DNA from: Candidatus Thorarchaeota archaeon
GTDB taxonomy: Archaea; Asgardarchaeota; Thorarchaeia; Thorarchaeales; Thorarchaeaceae
Length of the DNA stretch: 32,000 bases
Direction of reading: 5' to 3'
NCBI GenBank assembly: GCA_008080745.1
Contig: SHMX01000001.1
Span: 150,001-182,000 of the forward strand
Part shown: piece after piece, positions 27,175-32,000 of the stretch
Layout: each line of letters begins with the position of its first letter
Numbering within the stretch: position 1 is the first letter of the stretch
Made by a program: the position numbers and the translations under genes
The notes under the pieces: generated by a model
Told to the model about the DNA's origin: nothing
The model's database searches: none
Seen by the model: only the letters and a program-made list of their open reading frames with translations

Positions 27175-27380
27175 TAGGGCTCCCTTTGTATATTACACTT
27201 TGATTTAGGGGAATTATGGGATAAGACTTTGGAAATAATACAAGCTTTTCGTTTATTATATGAGGAAAGACTTTATTGGGATTAATTCTGCGAATCATGT
27301 AGGTATTCAGTCTATCTAGTATCCAAGCGAGCTATATAGATAAGGAGACTACCAAATTAATGAAAATATTGGTGAAATTA

Positions 27381-27626
27381 ATGCCAACATACAACTTAGG
27401 TACGCTAAATATTGTATCACACGATGCATCAAAACTAACCGAGGCTATTGGTATTCCTGAGCATCGGTTTGACGACTTGGTTCAACTTGCACGTGCAGCA
27501 TGGGACTATGAGGATACTATCTCAGAAAGTATTGAATATGTAGCCCAGCGAGTAACTGGTTCTGAAGCAGTACTTGCTCTTATTATTCTTGGTAGAATCT
27601 GGGAGCAGAATTCTGATAGTAAGTAA
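27381..27626 (+). CDS. Small hypothetical protein
   Basis: 81 aa from ATG 27381 with a GGTGA SD; helical, no recognised motif. Confidence 0.65.
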   Translation: MPTYNLGTLNIVSHDASKLTEAIGIPEHRFDDLVQLARAAWDYEDTISESIEYVAQRVTGSEAVLALIILGRIWEQNSDSK

Positions 27627-27637
27627 TATGCCACTTG

Positions 27638-27677
27638 TGACTCATGGTCCTCGGTAATCGAGGACCTTTCAGAGTCA
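27638..27677. terminator. Hairpin between convergent genes
   Basis: GGTCCTCG-gtaat-CGAGGACC (27646-27666), extended by TGACTC/GAGTCA. Confidence 0.5.
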
Positions 27678-27687
27678 GGTATTTTTT

Positions 27688-29142
27688 CTAGGAGGTTAGC
27701 TCGATGATATCGGCCATCTCTGCTAACATGAGTTTGTTAAATATCCCAAACTGTTTTTCATAAATCGCTACATTTTCTGGAATTGGTTCTCGGCGTTCCT
27801 CAATTCTGAGCATATTGGAAGCCGCTTCTTCATAAGACCCATAGACACCAGTACCGATAGTACCCAGAATAGCCGCGCCAATTACGGTTGAGTCTCGAGA
27901 TCTAGGTAGTAGGACGGTCTTATTGGTACAATCCGCCATGATTTGACGCCATAATGAAGAGTTGGCCCCACCACCGTCAATACGCATCTCGTTAAATTCT
28001 ATATCAAGAATACCCTCCATCATCTGTACATACATGTTGATACTGTAACCATTTGCTTCCATTATTGCTCTAGCAATATGGGCTCGAGTATGTTGGAAAC
28101 CAACATTATAGAAAATTCCCTTGTTATATGCCATAAAGGGAAAAATCACAAGGCCGTCACTTCCTGCTGGAACCTCTCTTGCAGAGCGTTCCATGAGGTC
28201 ATATGCAGCCGCATCACTTTGTGCTGCCATCATTTTTTCTGGTTCACAGTAGTTATCCCTATACCATCGGTAAGCTAATCCTGTACCTGGGGTAACGCCC
28301 TCTAAAATCCATTTTCCTGGAATTGCAGAGGGATTCGAGAACATTACATAGGGATCTTCGATGTGTTCCTCTGTATGTGTAATTACAAATGTACCAGTAC
28401 CAGTTGTGGCTTTCAAGACGCCTTTCTTAATCGTCCCAGTGCCCAGAGCAGAACACTGCTGGTCTCCACTGCCCATAATAACGAGCGTACCCTTTCGCAG
28501 AGATGTTCGTTTTGCGGCTTCAGCAGTAATACCTCCAATTGTAGTCCCGGGAGGTTTAATCTCTGCTAGATTATCGATGGGAATCCCAGTCTGTTCACAT
28601 AATTCTTCGGACCATTTGAGTGTTTCATGATCAATGGGTCCATAACGCGCATTGGACGGTTCACTTACCATTTCACCACACAATCGATAATTCAGATATG
28701 CATCAAGATGGATGAATTTGTATGCGCGGCTAAATAACTGTGGACGGTTTTCTTTGAACCACATTATTTTATTGACACTCTTCCGAGGGCCAATATCTTC
28801 AGCCATTTCTTTTGCAGTCTCAGTAGACCGGTTATCCACCCACGTTACAGTGGGGGCGAGAGGTTTTCCTTCTTTATCAACAGGGGTGACACAATCCCGA
28901 GTGGTTGCTAAAACGACACCCACAATGCCCTCAGCAGAACCAAATTCCGAAATGGCTCTCTGCATAGTATTGCATGCAGTACGCCAATAGGTTTCAGCAA
29001 GCTCTTCATGAATTTTTATATCGCGAGGTTTTTGGGGATATTCTTCATATGCTTTGGATAATTCCCGACCCTCTTCATCCACCACCACTGATCTAGTACC
29101 AGTGGTTCCAACATCAAATATTGCAAATAATCTCTGACTCAT
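27688..29142 (-). CDS. FGGY-family carbohydrate kinase (glycerol/xylulose kinase-like)
   Basis: DVGTTGTRS, TWVDNRS, GDQQCSALG, TGTGTF and DGGGANSSLWRQIMAD. Confidence 0.9.
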   Translation of the reverse strand: MSQRLFAIFDVGTTGTRSVVVDEEGRELSKAYEEYPQKPRDIKIHEELAETYWRTACNTMQRAISEFGSAEGIVGVVLATTRDCVTPVDKEGKPLAPTVTWVDNRSTETAKEMAEDIGPRKSVNKIMWFKENRPQLFSRAYKFIHLDAYLNYRLCGEMVSEPSNARYGPIDHETLKWSEELCEQTGIPIDNLAEIKPPGTTIGGITAEAAKRTSLRKGTLVIMGSGDQQCSALGTGTIKKGVLKATTGTGTFVITHTEEHIEDPYVMFSNPSAIPGKWILEGVTPGTGLAYRWYRDNYCEPEKMMAAQSDAAAYDLMERSAREVPAGSDGLVIFPFMAYNKGIFYNVGFQHTRAHIARAIMEANGYSINMYVQMMEGILDIEFNEMRIDGGGANSSLWRQIMADCTNKTVLLPRSRDSTVIGAAILGTIGTGVYGSYEEAASNMLRIEERREPIPENVAIYEKQFGIFNKLMLAEMADIIELTS

Positions 29143-29238
29143 TAATAGCACCAAATGTCATTATGGGAGTGTTTTTGATAGGATGTCCTAAGATATGAAT
29201 TGTGTGGAAAAACAAGTAGCTGAATATATGAGGTAACT

Positions 29239-30177
29239 ATGATGTCAGAATACCCAGTTTTCAAGAAAATTTCACCCCATGTATATCTAATAAGGGGTGA
29301 AAACAAATCTAGATTTCCAGAGGCCAATTCAGTTCTAATTGATGATGAAATTCTGACACTAGTTGATGCTGGCTCTAATTTATCACATATTGAGCAGACA
29401 CTCCGAAGCCTTCAGCATCAAATAGAAGATATAGAGCAGATTGTATTGACTCATTTCCATATTGATCACAAAGGTTATGCACAGCAGATTTTAGAACGAG
29501 CTGATTGTGAGGTCATGTGTCATCCTGCTGGAAAAGAGGCGGTCGAAACATTTGAAGGAATGATGCGATATTATGGTGTGGAAAACCATCAATATCGGTC
29601 ATACTGGGAAAATATTTTGGAAGAATGGCTTCCACATGTCAAGAGTAGTTACAAGATAACAGACTACTTGAAAGAGGGCAGGGAGATCGACTGTGGTGAA
29701 ACTAGTCTGGTGCCAATTCATACGCCTGGACACACTCCAGATCATACATGCATCGGTATCAATGGTACAGAAACAATTCTCTTAGTTGATATTGATCTCA
29801 CAAGATTCGGTCCTTGGTATGGAAATAAGGTTAGCGTCATAGATGAATTCAAAGAATCGGTGCGAAAAGTCATCAATCTACAACCCAAAATAGGTATTAG
29901 CAGCCATCTTCTGAATCCAGTTGAGGATGCTCTGCAGGAAAGACTAGAAGAATTCTACACTGTTTTCAATCAACGCGAAAAGAGAATTATCGAGAACATA
30001 AAGAACGGACTGGATACTGTAGGGAAACTATCCAAAGCTCCAACAATATACCCAAGAATACCTCTTGATCTTTTTTTGATTTTTGAAGAATTTATGGTGC
30101 GAAAACATGTAGATCAACTAAAATCTAAAGGTATAATCAGACAGGAAGAAGAAAAACTAATGATAGAAAGAAAATGA
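29239..30177 (+). CDS. Metallo-beta-lactamase-fold hydrolase
   Basis: LVDAG, THFHIDHKG (HxHxDH) and HTPGHTPDH; C-terminal helical/wHTH-like extension. Confidence 0.9.
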   Translation: MMSEYPVFKKISPHVYLIRGENKSRFPEANSVLIDDEILTLVDAGSNLSHIEQTLRSLQHQIEDIEQIVLTHFHIDHKGYAQQILERADCEVMCHPAGKEAVETFEGMMRYYGVENHQYRSYWENILEEWLPHVKSSYKITDYLKEGREIDCGETSLVPIHTPGHTPDHTCIGINGTETILLVDIDLTRFGPWYGNKVSVIDEFKESVRKVINLQPKIGISSHLLNPVEDALQERLEEFYTVFNQREKRIIENIKNGLDTVGKLSKAPTIYPRIPLDLFLIFEEFMVRKHVDQLKSKGIIRQEEEKLMIERK

Positions 30178-30195
30178 GAGGCCATGATGGCCTCT
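30177..30195. terminator. Hairpin between convergent genes
   Basis: AGAGGCCA-tga-TGGCCTCT followed by TTGT. Confidence 0.45.
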
Positions 30196-30203
30196 TTGTG
30201 CGT

Positions 30204-30989
30204 CTATTTGTGTTTGAAAGACGGTTCGCGTTTCGCTAAGAAAGCATCAACACCTTCTTGTTTGTCTTCAGTGTTAAAGACTGCTGAAAACTGTCTGACT
30301 TCGAATTCGAGATTCTTTTCCAAGGTCATTTCAAACGCATTATTGAGAGACTCTTTAGCAAGTCTAATAGCCACACCAGGTTTTGCTGCGAGATTGGTAG
30401 CGAGTTGTTTCGTTCCTTCCATTAGCTCTTCTACGGAAACAAACATTCTATTGATAAGCCCTATTCTAAGTGCTTCTTCAGCTTTGATTTGATCACCAGT
30501 ATAGACCAGCTCCTTTGCAATTCCCATTCCAACAATTCTTGGGAGTCTAACGGTTCCACCAAAACCAGGAATAATACCCAGATTTATCTCAGGTTGTCCA
30601 AAGCGCGCGTTAGTAGAGGCATACCGAATATCACAAGCCATTGCGATTTCACAGCCACCACCGAGAGCGAAACCATTCACTGCAGCTATAACGGGTTTAC
30701 TCATCGATTCAATGAACTTACAGAGATTTTGACCATTCTCCGCAAGTGGCAAAACAGTATTGCCATCCTTGTCCTGAAACTCCCCGATATCCGCACCTGC
30801 TGCAAATGCCTTCTCACCAGCACCTGTCAAGATTATAACACGTACATCTTGGTCATCTTCAGCTTTATTGAATGCCTCATGTAGTGATTTAACTACCTCA
30901 CTATTCAATGCATTGTACTTTTTTGGTCGGTTAATAGTTATTGTTGCTATACTACTATCGACACTATAGAGAACTACTTCTTCAGACAT
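30204..30989 (-). CDS. Enoyl-CoA hydratase / crotonase
   Basis: INRPKKYNALN, AFAAGADI, AVNGFALGGGCE, FGQPEINLGIIPGFGGT (both catalytic Glu). ATG 30989 follows a GGAG SD. Confidence 0.95.
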   Translation of the reverse strand: MSEEVVLYSVDSSIATITINRPKKYNALNSEVVKSLHEAFNKAEDDQDVRVIILTGAGEKAFAAGADIGEFQDKDGNTVLPLAENGQNLCKFIESMSKPVIAAVNGFALGGGCEIAMACDIRYASTNARFGQPEINLGIIPGFGGTVRLPRIVGMGIAKELVYTGDQIKAEEALRIGLINRMFVSVEELMEGTKQLATNLAAKPGVAIRLAKESLNNAFEMTLEKNLEFEVRQFSAVFNTEDKQEGVDAFLAKREPSFKHK

Positions 30990-31165
30990 GGTATACTCCA
31001 CTCCGGGATGATGCAAAAAATCGGGGGGAGCTTGGTAATAAGGCTTCGGAGGAAGGAAAAATCATATTTTAGAGATTGAAATCAGAACAACGAATCTTTA
31101 TCAATCAGATTCATACTAATTATACTAATTCGCTGAGGGACCGGCGAACGAACGGGGACCTAAAC

Positions 31166-31483
31166 TTGATAGAAGAGAAGGTTAGTTATGTATGTAAAGA
31201 GTCGCTTATTGCGATGAAAAGTTCACTGCAAAATTCCTATGCCTTTGACATGGCAATTTTTGATCAGAGAGAGTTTCTAAAAATTTGGACGTATCATTCT
31301 AACGATGGTAGAAGACGTCTGAAGGACATTATCGATGTTATTGATGTTGCTCTGCAAAAACTGAACTATTGCGACAGTAAAAAAGCCTCGAGAATTTACC
31401 TAGACACGCTAAAGGGTGTAGCTCTTGTGCAAAAATGGACAAGGATTCTGGAAAAAGCATCTCTTACCACTTCAAAGAATTAG
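31166..31483 (+). CDS. Hypothetical protein, tandem paralog 1
   Basis: Aligns by eye with the next ORF (KESLIAMKSSL / KDSLLAMKNSL). TTG 31166 chosen because it aligns with the paralog's start. Confidence 0.65.
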   Translation: MIEEKVSYVCKESLIAMKSSLQNSYAFDMAIFDQREFLKIWTYHSNDGRRRLKDIIDVIDVALQKLNYCDSKKASRIYLDTLKGVALVQKWTRILEKASLTTSKN

Positions 31484-31613
31484 AAAATATACCAAATAAC
31501 GAGATAATCAGTGGTTTGATGTCTGTTTTTGTACATCAACGTAGATATAGTGAGGATTTAAGTAGTAGAAATACTACGAACAAAATGTATTCGAACACAT
31601 TAGAGGGGTCAAA

Positions 31614-31991
31614 GTGGAACTAGCTGACAAACGCCATGTCTGGAAGGATTCACTCTTAGCAATGAAAAATTCCTTGATGACAACATACGAAATGATCACA
31701 TCGATAGAAGAGGAACGCTCCCTGATTCGTGCCCTCACTGGAAATGGATATGACTACATTAAATTTTCAGGATATCGAAGAAATGAAGGGTTCAGAAGAT
31801 ATACTGATGTTGCAGAGATTATTGATAATGCAATAATGGAAATTGAAGCAAGCACACTCCAACAAGCATCAATGATTTATCTTCGTACACTTCGCTCAGT
31901 GGCTCTACTTTCTAAATGGGCAAAAGTTCTAGAAGAGAGTTCAAATGGTTTTGATTTTCTACAAGCAGACTTTAGCACATATCAAAGATAA
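31614..31991 (+). CDS. Hypothetical protein, tandem paralog 2
   Basis: GTG start with GAGGGG SD; shares AS.IYL.TL..VAL..KW..+LE..S with the preceding ORF. Confidence 0.7.
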   Translation: MELADKRHVWKDSLLAMKNSLMTTYEMITSIEEERSLIRALTGNGYDYIKFSGYRRNEGFRRYTDVAEIIDNAIMEIEASTLQQASMIYLRTLRSVALLSKWAKVLEESSNGFDFLQADFSTYQR

Positions 31992-32000
31992 ACGAATTAA

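Noticed and set aside
25613-28990. Numerous 60-143 aa plus-strand ORFs opposite glpA and the kinase
   Set aside because: They are antisense shadows of well-supported genes, with no SD or recognisable motifs.
31435-31623. 62-aa ORF bridging the two tandem paralogs
   Set aside because: It overlaps both genes out of frame, has no motif, and mostly spans the spacer containing the second gene's SD.
1-32000. CRISPR array, tRNA/rRNA, transposase, integrase or selenocysteine read-through
   Set aside because: I saw no regularly spaced repeats, cloverleaf or rRNA-like sequence, or mobile-element motifs, and no in-frame TGA interrupting a recognisable domain. This was by-eye inspection only.

Overview
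This is a gene-dense archaeal window, most likely from an Asgard archaeon (Thorarchaeia-like; an inference from a longin-domain protein, PAC2, PDCD5, a COG2517 tRNA-binding protein, GGAGG/GGTGA ribosome-binding sites and many TTG/GTG starts). It holds about 35 CDS. I saw no tRNA, rRNA, CRISPR array or mobile element. The strongest finding is a 195-aa protein (2061-2648, -) with an E2F/DP-type winged helix carrying the KRRVYD DNA-recognition motif, then a coiled coil and a beta-rich C-terminal region, i.e. the layout of eukaryotic E2F/DP cell-cycle transcription factors. Other eukaryote-like candidates are a longin + winged-helix protein resembling NPRL2 (GATOR1), a helical-repeat protein with a SNAP-like C-terminus, a standalone 7TM protein, and a vWA-wHTH-Ig protein upstream of a CDC48-N-like gene. 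A tightly packed minus-strand run (15575-27174) encodes GlpABC, an alkyl-DHAP-synthase-like flavoprotein with its own CCG Fe-S partner, an MSMEG_0568-type radical SAM enzyme, a GNAT and a divergent aldehyde dehydrogenase. With the nearby FGGY kinase, MBL hydrolase and enoyl-CoA hydratase, this may be a glycerol-ether or lipid catabolic system. Non-coding signals include GC-rich hairpins at every spacious convergent gene junction and two candidate structured 5' leaders. All family comparisons are by eye against remembered motifs; no searches were run.
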